This document shows, one piece after another, positions 23,201 through 31,900 of a stretch of DNA of 64,000 bases (position 1 is its first letter; each line of letters opens with the position of its first letter). The stretch is from an uncultured bacterium (GTDB lineage Bacteria > Eisenbacteria > RBG-16-71-46 > CAIMUX01 > WJJG01), in assembly GCA_964603725.1 (NCBI GenBank), contig CAZRWW010000010.1:34935-98934 (forward strand), given 5' to 3'. A program made the position numbers and the translations under genes. The notes below the pieces were generated by a model. The model did no database searches, had not been told where the DNA came from, and was given only the letters and a program-made list of their open reading frames with translations.

Positions 23201-23610
23201 CGGGCCACGTCCTCTGGGTCGACGCGACCCCGTCGTTGTACAACTTCGCGGCCTCGAGCGCTGTCGGCGCCGCCGCCGACAATCGCCCGCTGAGCCTGAC
23301 GCTCCGCGCCGGGGGCGACGATGACCTGCCCAAGGCCTTCCGCCTCGATCAGGCGCGACCAAACCCGTTCCGGGAGACGGCGACCATCTCGTTCGCCGTG
23401 CCCCGCTTCGCGCCCGTCACGATCGAGATCTTCGATGTGGCCGGCAGACTCGTGCGCCGGCTCCACGCGGGCGAGACGGACCCGGGCTACCACCGCATCG
23501 TCTGGGCCGGAACCGACGACGCCGGCCAGCGGCTGTTCGGCGGCCTCTACTGGTGTCGGCTGACCTCGGGGGGCTTCACCGCCACGCAGAGGATCATGCT
23601 GCTGGACTGA
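14272..23610 (+). CDS. Giant (3112 aa) secreted repeat adhesin. It has beta-helix-type repeats, two classes of Ig-like repeats, a dockerin-like pair and a FlgD-Ig/T9SS-like C-terminal sorting domain.
   Basis: Single uninterrupted ORF with an N-terminal hydrophobic signal. About seven roughly 145-aa repeats of DGG.GTL.I.G.GDQT.TGA.T.TTG.LPD.VIDKPGG.L.LAGTIR...DWTY lie at 14950..18500. Six copies of a roughly 100-aa ..F.I.PI.SPQTAGVPF..T..A.D..GN repeat lie at 18835..20640. Five copies of P.RL.F..QPG......L.PQPV....D..GN lie at 20610..22100. Dockerin-like D.T.DG.VD.LD.L. segments are near 22590..22830. The C-terminus is LDQARPNPFRETATISFAV..IEIFDVAGRLVRRL..GLYWCRL. Confidence 0.85.
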   Translation: MAHPPLDGMRTDRFVRRCTQGHSTVARTPVATARGRAGAWVGLCLASGLLSPGQIRAAAIALLLLAVLGHPALAVDRVWDGEGLTTAWSNNLNWSGDTVPGAADVAIFDATSSKDAVITANINVAGVSIRAGYGGTITQNAGRSITVGAAGFDQAAGTFAGGTSTIDINGPWTLSGGSFTATSGTLAVSGNLTVSGGSFSPGAGTAQFDGTQTIAADGVVFNKVTITSASTHTITPGTTITAAGTLTLSNGYISGGTLAAQAAISQVSGFDGGTGTLLINGAGDQTFTGASTTTTGTLPDVVIDKPGGVLTLAGTIRTTNDWTYVGGALDPGTSLLVFGGTLAVSGSHTLKLVQIRGATTVAAGTTLTVDSTLTMPSAVAFAVNGGVIVNRTLTLTDGSIAGSGAVEARADIAHAATFDGGLGTLLINGPGDQLFTSASTTTTGDLPHIRIDKPGGTLSLAGTLRLVTADWTYMAGNLATAGSALVFEGTVNISGSHALDLVTFRGTGAKTLAAGTNLTVTGDLTLTDGSIAGEGEVAAQANIAQAAAFDGGDGTLRICGAGDQTLTGACTATTGALPDVVIDKPGGTLTLAGTIRTINDWSYLAGTLDAGASTIVFGGTLAVTGSHELTLVEIRGAATVAAGTTLTVKNTLTMPSAVAFTVDGSVIATSTLILTDGSIAGVGAVEARADITHAATFDGGLGTLLINGTGDQTFTSASTTTTGDLPHIRIDKPAGTLSLVGTLRIVAADWTYVAGGLAPGASRVIFDGTVNISGSQTLNLVTLQGIGAKTLGPGTILTVPNTLTLTGGSIDGEGEVRAQAGITQAAAFDGGAGTLRICGAGDQTLTGASTSTTGSLCDLVIEKPSGTLTLAGTIRTTNDWTYSAGAVALGTSAVIFAGNAVVTGTQTLRAVQVRGDVTVPAGTTLTVNNGLTVNTAGALTVDGVAISTSTLTLTNGAINGPGRVEARANITQSADFDGGAGTLRINGTGDQTFTGSATLTEGSLPVVEIAKPSNTLTLAGTIRVQGSAWRRLSGTVASGTSRLVLSSGATVSGSHQLYNLDLEGDGVKTVEAGTTLTATRTLTLGGGTIDGGALVATGDVVQLPAFLGGTTLLTISGAAAQTLTGGGSLTEGSLPSLTILKTGGALTLSGIIRTERDWTYGSGAVNADTSLVVLGGTVNLAAAGMAFNDLRLDATAVTLATALDVDDDFALCDGVLVTAGNAVMIGGDWSQTGGTLVPGAAAVTFNGGLDAEIASAGLGAGARFSDLIIQKSGGAAVRALDDLCVGGDLRLTTGRLDGADRRIVLAGDWLNDAGPSAFAAGTGAVELNGGGQLIGGAHPTTFHALALGGSGAKSAARDLAVVDLTLDQDLLIAPHLLRISGETAGSADVVGTVRRTVSGDGPFSLGSAHTTITFDGVGTNPDSLDVTLTRGVPPVGLPDAVRRYYDIAAAGGEGWTATLRLHYRPDELNGNAEDGLAVWRLAGVWERLGRSGHHYDQNWIERSGVAQFSRWALACGYPDHFEIDPIPSPQTAGVPFPLTVTAVDSSGVRLAEYTGDLSLATTAGSITPAMITMTAADSGRISHSVRVTEAGADQIIRADDGEGHLGQSNPFTVAPSPLRHFSIRPIASPQTAGVPFGVTIAALDSFANRITTFVGTLTLTASAGGVSGGRIDMTAADSGLVTRQIMVGRAEHDLVLTASDGHGHAGVTNAFTVLPAITRRFAIRSIPSPQTAGEFFDLEITAEDAYGNVTPDFTGGVDLATSAGSITPRRVIFSVTDWGRHIEPACVTLAGLGHTVSASDTSGHRGTSRPFDVAGAPLHHYDLAPIDSPQTAGVPFEIAIRALDRFGNLSPEIPGTLALATTAGTIIPATARFSAADSGRHREGVTVTAAGTGRTIELVDSLGRAATSNAFDVQAGGVTRFAVRAIPSPQTAGVAFDIALEALDAQGNLAVGFAGEVALATTAGTITPAAVVFAPSDRGTRALSVQVTQAGMGHVIAATDAAGHSGVSGPFSVTPGVLARFALADVASPQVAGAAFDLVLTAEDSWGNRVTSFAGDVALVTTAGTITPALATFAGADSGRHSAAVWVTLAADGRTITASDGAGHSGASAPFTVTAGPPARLAFVQQPGNGRSGAPLSPQPVVALEDLFGNRTSQVVAIVTMALAGGAAGLPGGTATVVTEDGVAAFRDLQIDRAGAGQRLIASSPDLAPVLSAEFDVEPGPAARLIFLVQPGAGEGGSALDPQPVLAVHDAAGNLAATSTAVIRLALADPPVPAVLSGSSSRAANAGVAAFEDLSIDRSASGYRLMASSEGLVEAVSEPFTVRVGPEVALVFITQPGPAISEQPLAPQPVVEIRDAGGNRATVTVAVTVSLGDHPAGATLEGCTVVTATDGVAAFPGLIIARAAEGYTLRAASPGLMPALSASFGVAAGPPVELVYIEQPSHGFGGEPLERQPAIGIADEAGNPTAADGVEVRLGLEGGDRAGRLLGASAARSRVGLVRFHGLRIDRKGRGYVLAARSDGLRETASAPFEIIPGRPAAITAFGGEDQRGTAGLPLAEPLLARLADAGDNPLAGVRVRFAVTSSPRWSSGQGLSDPLVATDSAGVAAVRLTLGSHAGAYQVTATSPDLPGHAVVFSASAREPDGTGAVTIVPMEVFAGADVDIAFTLQADERATNTEVAIEWPIAWRWSGRAADLELSGDGFLGAQSSVSGSGSAHDPFVLTVTRARVAPRRLGTLTVRATTAPEETRGFDFRVSTASHSGCLTPLAHQPSVQVGPLVAGDATLDGLVDLLDLLSLSDFIQGRGGDLGTAQRRAADVFPAHAAAPRAGPPDGRLERADIELLERAILNQVWDDGLALGRGGAPAPPGVSGEAMRAGGEAMRAGGEAMPAGGGDFSAAGGDLTLIAEAAAGGATALRMTNGVPVRGIQIDLRPQAGGPLELRCRGFDRVDGFRLVSAIAHGEHRILLWSPGDALIASGAGHVLWVDATPSLYNFAASSAVGAAADNRPLSLTLRAGGDDDLPKAFRLDQARPNPFRETATISFAVPRFAPVTIEIFDVAGRLVRRLHAGETDPGYHRIVWAGTDDAGQRLFGGLYWCRLTSGGFTATQRIMLLD
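14950..22100 (+). repeat. Intragenic tandem repeat arrays of three classes inside the giant adhesin gene
   Basis: Class 1: about seven copies with a period of roughly 420 to 445 nt. Class 2: six copies with a period near 300 nt. Class 3: five copies with a period near 310 nt. All were seen directly in the translation and in recurring nucleotide blocks. Confidence 0.8.
22867..22935 (+). repeat. 21-nt perfect tandem repeat x3 inside the giant adhesin gene
   Basis: GGCGAAGCGATGCGAGCGGGC occurs three times, with one substitution in the third copy, encoding GEAMRAG x3. Confidence 0.8.
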
Positions 23611-23836
23611 GGAGCTCGCCGGCCGCCTCGGAGCCCGCCGGCTGCTCGTGGGCTGGCCGGCCGCCCGTTCCCACCGGCCCCTTCGCTCCCGCCGCGGCGC
23701 GAGACGGATCCGAGACGCTCGTGATGCGCCGTTCCGTCAGACTCCCCGCGATGAGCGATATCGGCGTCATCCAGTGACGGCGGCGGCTTGCCGCCGGCCG
23801 ATCGGAGCGCCGCCGGTCAAGGGCTGGCTGCCCGCG

Positions 23837-25693
23837 ATGGAAAGGATGAGAACCATGAGATCGACAATCGCGCTGTGCCTGTCCGCCTGTCTCGGCCTGC
23901 TCTACGCCGTGCCCGTGTCGGGGGAGATGGCTCAACAGACCGATTGGTCGAGGGGTCCCGGCGCCCCCGGCCCGGTGACACAGTGGAACGATCAGTTCGC
24001 CGCCGCGTCCGCGATCGACTGGGCGGATCCGGCGGGATCCCTGACGCTGCTCTCCGCGCTGCCGCATCCGCATGCGGTCACCACCACGTACGGAGAACCG
24101 GCCTGCGTCGACGCGGCCGACCTGGACGGCGACCAAGACATCGATCTTGTGTGCGCGGCCTACCAGGGGCACGAGGTGGCCTGGTGGGAGAACGACGGCA
24201 CGGGCGGCGGCTGGACCCAGCATTCGATCGCCACGGGATTCACCGAGGCCGCCAGTGTGCACGCGGCCGACATCGACCGCGACGGCGACGTGGACGTGGC
24301 GGCCACGTCGGAGGGCGGTCACACGGTCGCCTGGTGGGAGAACGACGGCACGGGCGGCGGGTGGCTCCCCCACGTGGTCGACGCCAATGTCAGCGGGCCC
24401 TTCTGCGTCTGTTCGGCCGACTTCGACGGCGACCAGGACGTGGACCTTTGCGGGGCGGTCTTCTACGCCAGCGACATCGTCTGGTGGGAGAACCTGGATG
24501 GCGTCGGCCACGCCTGGACCAAGCACACGGTCGATCCCAGTTTCTCGTACGCCTGGTGGACGGTCGCCGCCGACATCGACGACGACGGCGACTGCGACAT
24601 CGTGGGCGCGGCCTACAGCGCGGGCGACGTCTGCTGGTGGGAGAACAGCGGCGACGGCTCGGCCTGGACCAAGCGCTTCATCTGCGCGACGTTTCCCCAG
24701 GCGCTCAACGTGCGGGCCGCGGACCTGGACGGCGACGGCGATCTGGACGTCCTGGGCGCCGCCTATGCCGGCAACGTCGCTTGGTGGGAGAACGAGACCC
24801 CGACCGGCGCCTGGCTGGAGCACCCCATCGACAGCGGTCTGGCGAGTCCCTTCAGCTCGCGCGTCATGGACCTCGACGCGGACGGCGACCAGGACGTGAT
24901 CACCAACGAGCGCGACGGCAACCGGGTGCTGTGGTACGAGAACGTCGATGCCGCCGGCACGGTGTGGCTCAAGCGCGTGGTGGATGAGACGTCCGACGGG
25001 CCCAACGACGTGCTGGCGGCCGACGTCAACGGCGACCTCGTTGCGGAGATCATCGCCACCTTCTCCTGGGATGGAAGCATCATGTGGTACGAGCCGGCCG
25101 ACGAGTACGCCTCCGCCGGCACGCTCGAGTCCTCGATCCTCGACGCCGGAGGCCCCGTGCCCGACTGGGGCCCGATCACCTGGAACTGCACAGCGCCCCT
25201 CGGCGCGTCCGTGGGTGTACAAGTGCGGGCGGGGGCTGATCCGGCCGATCTGGGCGCATGGGTCGAGGTGGTCTCCTCGGGGGACGATCTCTCCGACTAC
25301 ATCGCCGGCGACACCCGCTACTTCCAGTACCGCGTCTCCCTGGCCACAGCCGACGCGGCGCTCAGCCCCACGTTCCAGGACATAGGCATCCAGTGGGAGT
25401 ACCTCAGCGGAGTGGGCGAGAGCGATGGCCCTCGAGGGGCGCGGCCGTGGTGCTCCGCGGCGAGCAACCCGGCGCGGCCCGGCGCGGCGGCGATCCGGTT
25501 CGCGGTGCCCCAGGCGGGCGAGGTCGAGGTGGCGCTCTACGACATCGGCGGCCGGAGGATTGCCACGCTCGCCAAGGGTCTCTACCCGGCGGGCACGCAC
25601 CTGGCGCCGGTGGAGGGCTTGAGCAGCGGGATGTACCTCTACGCTCTGCGCGCGGGAGAGCTGCGGGACGTGGGCAAGATCGTGCTGCCGTAA
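23837..25693 (+). CDS. FG-GAP/VCBS-repeat beta-propeller protein with a FlgD-Ig/T9SS-like C-terminal sorting domain; possible lipoprotein
   Basis: Seven copies of D.DGDGD.D..(GA).......WWEN.G.G..W. C-terminal tail ..EVEVALYDIGGRRIATLAKGLYPAGTH..GMYLYALRAGE. N-terminus MERMRTMRSTIALCLSAC has an L-S-A-C lipobox-like motif. GGAAAGG RBS upstream. The track ORF from 23648 is an artefact extension. Confidence 0.8.
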   Translation: MERMRTMRSTIALCLSACLGLLYAVPVSGEMAQQTDWSRGPGAPGPVTQWNDQFAAASAIDWADPAGSLTLLSALPHPHAVTTTYGEPACVDAADLDGDQDIDLVCAAYQGHEVAWWENDGTGGGWTQHSIATGFTEAASVHAADIDRDGDVDVAATSEGGHTVAWWENDGTGGGWLPHVVDANVSGPFCVCSADFDGDQDVDLCGAVFYASDIVWWENLDGVGHAWTKHTVDPSFSYAWWTVAADIDDDGDCDIVGAAYSAGDVCWWENSGDGSAWTKRFICATFPQALNVRAADLDGDGDLDVLGAAYAGNVAWWENETPTGAWLEHPIDSGLASPFSSRVMDLDADGDQDVITNERDGNRVLWYENVDAAGTVWLKRVVDETSDGPNDVLAADVNGDLVAEIIATFSWDGSIMWYEPADEYASAGTLESSILDAGGPVPDWGPITWNCTAPLGASVGVQVRAGADPADLGAWVEVVSSGDDLSDYIAGDTRYFQYRVSLATADAALSPTFQDIGIQWEYLSGVGESDGPRGARPWCSAASNPARPGAAAIRFAVPQAGEVEVALYDIGGRRIATLAKGLYPAGTHLAPVEGLSSGMYLYALRAGELRDVGKIVLP

Positions 25694-25769
25694 AAGGCCG
25701 CGCGCCGGCCCGGACGCGTCAGGCCGCGGCGAACCGGGTCTCAGATGAGCGCGTTCCCAGGCCTTGATC

Positions 25770-28700
25770 CTAGGCCTTGGCCTGCTTGTCCAGCTCCGCC
25801 CGGACGGTCTGGATCCGCGCCATCAGCGGCCCGTGGTGGGCCGCCTGCGCACCTTGCAGGGCCTGCTCCAGCGCCCGCCGGCACGCGGCGTGGTCGGCTC
25901 GCGCCAGGGCCAACCTGGCCGCCAGCAGATCGCGCCACGCCGAGGACCAGACCCGCGGCCAGCGGTCCCGGTCTGGGTCCGCCGCGCCGATCGCCGGCTC
26001 AGGGGGGGCGCCCGTCATGGCGCGCTCAAGGCACCAGCGGGCTTCCTGCGGATCATCCAGGTCCAGGGCGAGGATGCCGCTCAACACGTGCAAGTGGCGC
26101 GACCAGGACGCATGCTGGGTCTCCTCCGCGACCGCGAGCGCCGCCTCGATCAGCGGGCGCGCTTCCGCCGGCGCTCCGGTCAGCAGGTGGATCTGCGCCA
26201 GGCGCGTGCGGGCCAGCGCGATCTTCCCGCGCTGGCCCAGTCGTTGACCAAGGGCCAGCGCTTCCGCGCCGTGCCGGTGGGCGTCCGGCAACGTTCCCGT
26301 GTGCAAGGCCGTCCTCGTGATGCCTTCGAGGCAATCCAGAGCGCCGTCCGGGTCCACGCCGAGCCGGCGTCGCAGCGTCAGGCTCTCCTCGTAGCGGCGG
26401 CGGGCCCCGCGCAGATGCCCGCGTTCCTCGAGCAGCAGACCCAGGACGTACAGCCCCAGCGCGATCGACCAGCGATCGCGGCAGCGGCGTCGCAGCGTCA
26501 GGCTGCGATGCAGCACGCGCAGCGCTTCCTCCGGCCGGCTGGCGCGCAGGTGGTAGGCCAACACCTCCCACAATAGCCCCGCGCACCAGAGGTCATGGGC
26601 GCGCTCGCAGTCACGGGCGCCCTCCCGCAGCACCGACTCGGTGCGCCGGGAAGTGAGACCGAGGATCGCGGCCACTCCCTCGGCGAAGGCGCGCTCATCC
26701 GGCCGGCCGGCGACGCGCAGATCTCGCCGCCCCTGGCGGGCGAGCTGGCGGCACAGCGCTGGGTTCTCGTAGCGCAGAAACCAACCGCGCGCGGTGCGAG
26801 ACAAGGCGAGGAGTCGGATCGCCGCGCCGCTGCGAGCGCGTCTTTGCAGATGGGGCAGCGCGAGTGCCATGGCCTCGGCCCCCTCCACCGCGCGGCTGCT
26901 CATGTCGTAGAAGAGGAAGAGCGGTCTGACGGCCGGCGACATCTCGGTGAGCCAACCGCGCTCGGCCGCATGGGTCCAGGCCTGACGCAGGTTGTGGCGA
27001 TCCTGGGCCAGAGCGTGGAGCGCCCGCTTCTGGCCGGTCCCCTCGAGCGCGGCGCGCGCGGCGACGACCTTGCCCAGGTAGTGACGCGCGGCGCGGTCAC
27101 GGGCCGCGGCCTCCTCGCGCTTGCTCGCGCCGAGCTTCGCGCGACCGAACTGCCGGAGGGCCTCCAGGATCTCGAAGCGCTGGTCGCGCGTGCGCTGCAG
27201 GAACGACTGCTCGATGAGCGCGGTGAAGGTTGCCAGGGTCGTCTGGCCGATGGCCTGGGCCGCTTCGCGATCGAAGACCCCGGTGAGGATGCACAGGTGC
27301 CCGAAGGCCGCGCGCTCCTCGCGCGAGAGCATCGCCCAGGACTGCTCGAACACCGCGCGCAGACTGCGATGGCGCTCCGGGACGTCGGCCTGCGGCGCCG
27401 CCTCCACGTCGAGACTCTGCGCCAATCGGCCGGCGATCTCGGGCACGCTCAGGCTGTGCGCCCACGTGGCCGACAGCTCGAGACCCAGGGGATGTCCCCG
27501 CAGCCGGCGGCTGATCTGCGCGGCGGCCGACAGGTCCGCGGCCGAGGGCTTGAAGGAGGAACGCGCGCGGCGGATCGCCTGAAGCAGCAGGCGGACGGAG
27601 GCGCAGTCCGCGACCTCGCCCGGAGCCACCTTGCGCTCAGGCCAGGGCAGGCCCTCCACCTCCAGGACGTGCTCGCCCGCCAATCGCAGCCGCGACCGTG
27701 AGGTCGCCAGCACGACGCAGCCCCGCGTCCCCGCCAGGATCTCTCGCAGTGGCCCCAGGTCGCGCGCGACCTGTTCGAGATTGTCCAGGATGAGCAGCAT
27801 GCGCTTGCCGCGCAGGAACTCGATCAGGTCCCGGCATGACCCCGACGACGTGGAGCCCGGAGGCGCGGGTTCGCGAGCGCGCGTCCCGAGCGGGAGAGCC
27901 AGGCCTTCGGCCAGAGCGGCGGGGAGCAGATGTCCCGCGTCCACGGAGACCAGGGGGATGAAGACGACGCCGTCCGGGAACAGCCCGCTCAGCCGGCGCC
28001 CGGCCTCGAGCGCCAGGCGCGTCTTGCCGCAGCCGCCAGGGCCGGTCAGGGTGAGGAGTCGCAGGTCCGGCTCGCTGAGCAGTCCCGCGATCGCCTCCAG
28101 CTCCTGCTCGCGCCCGACGAAGGGCGTCGACGGCTCCGGGAGGATGAGCCGCGACGTCGCTGTCGCCGTCGGCGTGGCCATCGGCGGCGAGCTCGGCTGT
28201 CCGGGATCGCGCGCCAGGATCTCGTTGCGCAGCCGCACCGTCTCGCTGCAGGGCGCCACCTCGAGCTCGCGCGCGATCAGCTTCCTGAAGCGGTCGTACA
28301 GGCGCAGCGCCTCGGTGCGCCGGCCCATGCGCGCCAGAAGCGCCATGAGCGTGCGCAGGGCCCGCTCGTCGAGGGGATCGAGGTCCGCGCGCTGGCGAGC
28401 GCACGACAGCGCGCCGTCCAGGTCGCCGCGCCGCTCGCGCAGGCGGATCAAGGCGTCGAGCGCGCTTTCCTGGGCGGCTTTCAGCGCCTCCTCTTCGCGC
28501 AGTTGCCACTCCTCGAAGGGGAAGCTGCCGGCGAGCGTGAATCCGGCCAGGAAGTGTCCCTGGTAGAGAGCTGCCGCTTCGCTGAGGATCGGCTCCGCCC
28601 GGGCGCCCGGCGGAGTGTCGCCGCCGGAACCCAGGCCGGCGGACTTGAGCAACCGGCGATGCTCCCGCACGTCGACCCACAGGCCTTCGCCCGGCCGCAG

Positions 28701-28964
28701 CTCGACCATCTCGCCCTCGACCGCCAACCACGGGTCGAAACCCGACCGGCGGAGCACCCAGAGATGATTGCGCAGTTGGGCCAGAGCGTCTTCCCGGCCG
28801 CTGTCAGGCCAGAACATCGCCGCCAGCGCGTCGCGCGTGTGGGGTGTGCGGGTCGCGGCCAGGTAAGCTGCCAGGGCGAGCGCCCGGCGGCGTCGTATCG
28901 GCAGCGGGCGGCCCGAGGCTTGCACACGGGGGGGACCCAGCAGGCGGACTTCCAGGTGCGGCAC
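25770..28964 (-). CDS. SARP/AfsR-like regulator with a winged-helix DNA-binding domain, a BTAD domain, an NB-ARC/STAND P-loop NTPase and TPR repeats
   Basis: N-terminus ..HLEVRLLGPPRV...RRRALALAAYLA is an OmpR-type wHTH; a BTAD region follows. Walker A TGPGGCGKTRLA. C-terminal helical TPR-like repeats. The start is assigned to a GTG with an AAGGGAG RBS at about 28964, rather than the 29093 track start, which would overlap the upstream gene. Confidence 0.75.
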   Translation of the reverse strand: MPHLEVRLLGPPRVQASGRPLPIRRRRALALAAYLAATRTPHTRDALAAMFWPDSGREDALAQLRNHLWVLRRSGFDPWLAVEGEMVELRPGEGLWVDVREHRRLLKSAGLGSGGDTPPGARAEPILSEAAALYQGHFLAGFTLAGSFPFEEWQLREEEALKAAQESALDALIRLRERRGDLDGALSCARQRADLDPLDERALRTLMALLARMGRRTEALRLYDRFRKLIARELEVAPCSETVRLRNEILARDPGQPSSPPMATPTATATSRLILPEPSTPFVGREQELEAIAGLLSEPDLRLLTLTGPGGCGKTRLALEAGRRLSGLFPDGVVFIPLVSVDAGHLLPAALAEGLALPLGTRAREPAPPGSTSSGSCRDLIEFLRGKRMLLILDNLEQVARDLGPLREILAGTRGCVVLATSRSRLRLAGEHVLEVEGLPWPERKVAPGEVADCASVRLLLQAIRRARSSFKPSAADLSAAAQISRRLRGHPLGLELSATWAHSLSVPEIAGRLAQSLDVEAAPQADVPERHRSLRAVFEQSWAMLSREERAAFGHLCILTGVFDREAAQAIGQTTLATFTALIEQSFLQRTRDQRFEILEALRQFGRAKLGASKREEAAARDRAARHYLGKVVAARAALEGTGQKRALHALAQDRHNLRQAWTHAAERGWLTEMSPAVRPLFLFYDMSSRAVEGAEAMALALPHLQRRARSGAAIRLLALSRTARGWFLRYENPALCRQLARQGRRDLRVAGRPDERAFAEGVAAILGLTSRRTESVLREGARDCERAHDLWCAGLLWEVLAYHLRASRPEEALRVLHRSLTLRRRCRDRWSIALGLYVLGLLLEERGHLRGARRRYEESLTLRRRLGVDPDGALDCLEGITRTALHTGTLPDAHRHGAEALALGQRLGQRGKIALARTRLAQIHLLTGAPAEARPLIEAALAVAEETQHASWSRHLHVLSGILALDLDDPQEARWCLERAMTGAPPEPAIGAADPDRDRWPRVWSSAWRDLLAARLALARADHAACRRALEQALQGAQAAHHGPLMARIQTVRAELDKQAKA

Positions 28965-28986
28965 GGACCGCTCTCCCTTTGGCGGC

Positions 28987-31900
28987 TCAGGCGCCTTGTC
29001 GATCGACGGCCTCACCGACGGAAGCCATGAGATCGAAGTTGCCCGCCAGCACATGGTCGAGCCGGCCGGTGCGCCAGCCGCGCGCGCTGTCACGGACGAT
29101 CGGCGCTGCGCCCAGGCGATAGCTGCGGACGATGCGCAGGTCGGATGGGCCGAGCGCCGCCAGGGCCGCCCGCGCTTGGCCGCGCAGGGCCCGGAGCCGC
29201 GCCGCCCGCGTGTTGCCCGCCGGCGGCTCGATCGGCTGCGGCACCACCGTCACGTGCGCGCGCTCGCGGTCGGTCCCCTTGCCGCCGCCGCGCGGGTATT
29301 CCGCGACGTGCAGCCCGGTCTCACCGGCGAGGAGCCCGTAGGCGCCCAGGCCGGCGACGGCGAGGAGCAGCCGATAGTCTCCGGCGCGGGGATCCTCGCT
29401 CTCATCCAGCACCGTGCAGTTCATGCCGCGCTTCTGCGCCCAGGCCTGGTACATCATTCCCAGCGTCTGGCCCCAGCTTGGCCGCTGATCGCCGCCGGTG
29501 TCACGCGCCGCGCAAGCGACGCACTCCAGGCTCAGAAACGCCTCGCGAGGTCGCCCCGCGTGCACGTCGGCGCAGGCGGCATCGATCAGGTAGAGTTTCT
29601 GCGCGATGTCGCCGATGAGCTTGCGCGGCAAGTGCTCGCGCTGCCCCGCGGCCGAGGAAACCAGCCGCGTGAGCAGGGAGCCCGCGCTCTCCAGGACGCG
29701 CTCGATCCGATCCTGGTACTCAGCGCTGCCCAAGATCTCAAAGCGATCGAGCGAAGTCCAGAAGTCGCGCTCCGCCGTCCGCGCGAGGGCAGCCTGCTTG
29801 GCCGCCCGCCAGGACTCGGCCTCCACCAGGGCGCGCAGGCGATCGTGGTGCAGCTGCAGCGCCTCGGCCTCGGTCGCGGTGCCCCGCGGATCGAGCACGA
29901 TCGCGCCCAATGGCGGTCGCTCCACCGCCCCGCCCGCGTGGCGACCCCCGGCGGCGGCCGGCGCGTGCTCCGGCGCGTCGGGATCGACAAACTCGACCTG
30001 CAATCCCCCGCCGGCGGCGCGCACGAAGAGAAACTGGTCGCCGGCGGGCGCCTGGCACTTGGCGATCACCGTCGCCAGCGGCGCCAGCAGGTGACGTTCG
30101 ATGGCCCGCCGCAGCGGGCGCGCACCCAGGTCCGGTGTGAAACCCTTCTCCAGCAAGAACTCGATGGCGTCATCGTCCCACTCGATTGCCCAATCGCGCC
30201 AGCGCAAGCCCCGCAACCGGCTGATCGCTCGCAGTTCCTTGCGCAGGATGGCGCGCATCGTCTCGCGGCTGAGCGGCCGGAAGATGATCACCTGATCGAT
30301 GCGATTGAGGAACTCCCGGCGAAACGTCTCGCCGATCGCGCGCTCGATGGCCTCCGGGCGAAACTGCTCATCCTCGCGGGTGAATCCCAGGCGGGCCGCG
30401 CCGGACATCGCCGCGCCGATGTTGGCGGTCATGATGATGATCGCGTGCCGCAGGTTGACGGTCAGGCCGCGATCGTCGGTCAAGCGACCGTCGTCGAAGA
30501 CCTGCAGGAACATGTGCCACACCTGCTCGTTGGCCTTCTCGAACTCGTCCAGCAAGACGACCGCGAAGGGCTGCTCGCGAATGCGCTCCACCAGGGAGCC
30601 CTTGGCTTCCCCGGCGGCACGCCCCCCGAACAGGCGGGTCAGGGACCCGGACGTTTGCAGCTCGCTCATGTCGATGCGGATCATCCGCTCCGGCCGGCTG
30701 AACAGGAACTCGGTGAGCACCTTGGCGATTTCGGTCTTGCCCGTGCCGGTCGGGCCGGCGAACAGGAAGACCCCCAGCGGGCGCGTCGGATCGGTGAGTC
30801 CGGCCTTGATCATCGCCACGCGATCCACCAGGCAGTCGATGGCCTCGGGCTGCCCCATGACGCGCGACTCGAAGTGCGATCGCAACCGCGCCAGATCGAG
30901 CTGCTGTCGGTCGTCCAGGACCACGGCGGGCAAGCCCGTCAGCTGACTCACGGTGGTCATGAGGTCGTCGCGGCCGATCGCGGGCACCTCCCGTCTGGGG
31001 CCGATCGCGGGCACCTCCCGTCCGGGGCCGGTCCGGCCTTCGCGTCCTGTTTCGCTGGCGAGCCTCGCGCAGGTGGTCTTGAGCAAGTCGAGCACGTGGC
31101 CGGGCGCGGCGCGATCGGCCAGGAACTGCTCGGCCAAGTGCACGGCCTCGCACACCGTGTCGGGCGAGACTGGCGCGGCGCCGGCGTTCGTGCCCGCAGC
31201 TTGCGCCCACCGGCAGGCGAGGTCGAGCGTGGTCGCGGGGTCCGGCGGCGCGAGGCGCTCGGCTTGCAGCGCGCCACGATACCGCGGCCGCGCGCGCAGA
31301 ATGCGCTCGTAGCCTTCGGGATCGGTCTCCCCGATCACCACCACCTGCCGCGCTTCGAGGTGCGGCAGAAGGAGATCCAGCGCCCCGGTATCGCTCTTGT
31401 CATGTTGCCCGGTCCAGACGAGCTCGTGGATGTTCGGCGCGTACCAGAGCTGGCGCGGCTTGGCTGCCAGCCGCTTGAGCAGCCCTTCGAAGCGTTCTTC
31501 GAACTGGCCGATGTACTTCTGGCCGGCGATGAGGTCCATGTGCTGAGCTTCGATGATCGTCCAGCCCTTCGGCAGCAATCGCCGGCTCAGCAGGCGCATG
31601 ACGGTGGTCTTGCCTGTCCCCGCTTCGCCCACGAGCACGAAAGACGGCGGGGCGTCCCGTTCCAGGGCGGCCTCGATACGGTCGACCGTCTCCATGAGGG
31701 CCGGGTGCTCCACGATCGCGTCGATCCGCGGATCGACCTCCGCGCGCCACGGTTGGCCGACTCCGCCGCTCGCGGGCTGGTCGGGCGGCCTCTCCGGCAC
31801 GGCCAGCTCGGATTCCCGCCTGAGGCGTTCGATGTGGGTGAGCACTTCCTCGCGGAGGGCTCCGATGAGCTGGTCATCCAACTGGAACAAGAGTCGGCGC

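Noticed and set aside
15073-23493. Many 150-525-aa minus-strand ORFs inside the giant adhesin (15073..16452, 16618..17244, 17617..18792, 19444..21018, 20280..21470, 22125..23045, 22579..23493)
   Set aside because: They are antisense to a single uninterrupted 9.3-kb ORF that has clear repeat-domain structure. Their translations are Arg/Gly/Pro-rich.
23594-25600. 668-aa minus-strand ORF and 23788..24987 + overlapping the FG-GAP gene
   Set aside because: They are antisense or alternate frame. The FG-GAP reading has seven regular repeats and a sorting tail, and these do not.
25694-25770. GC hairpin GGCCGCGCGCCGGCC after the FG-GAP stop as an intrinsic terminator
   Set aside because: It has a stem but no U-tract. 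In 70%-GC genomes such palindromes are frequent, so this is not enough to call a terminator.
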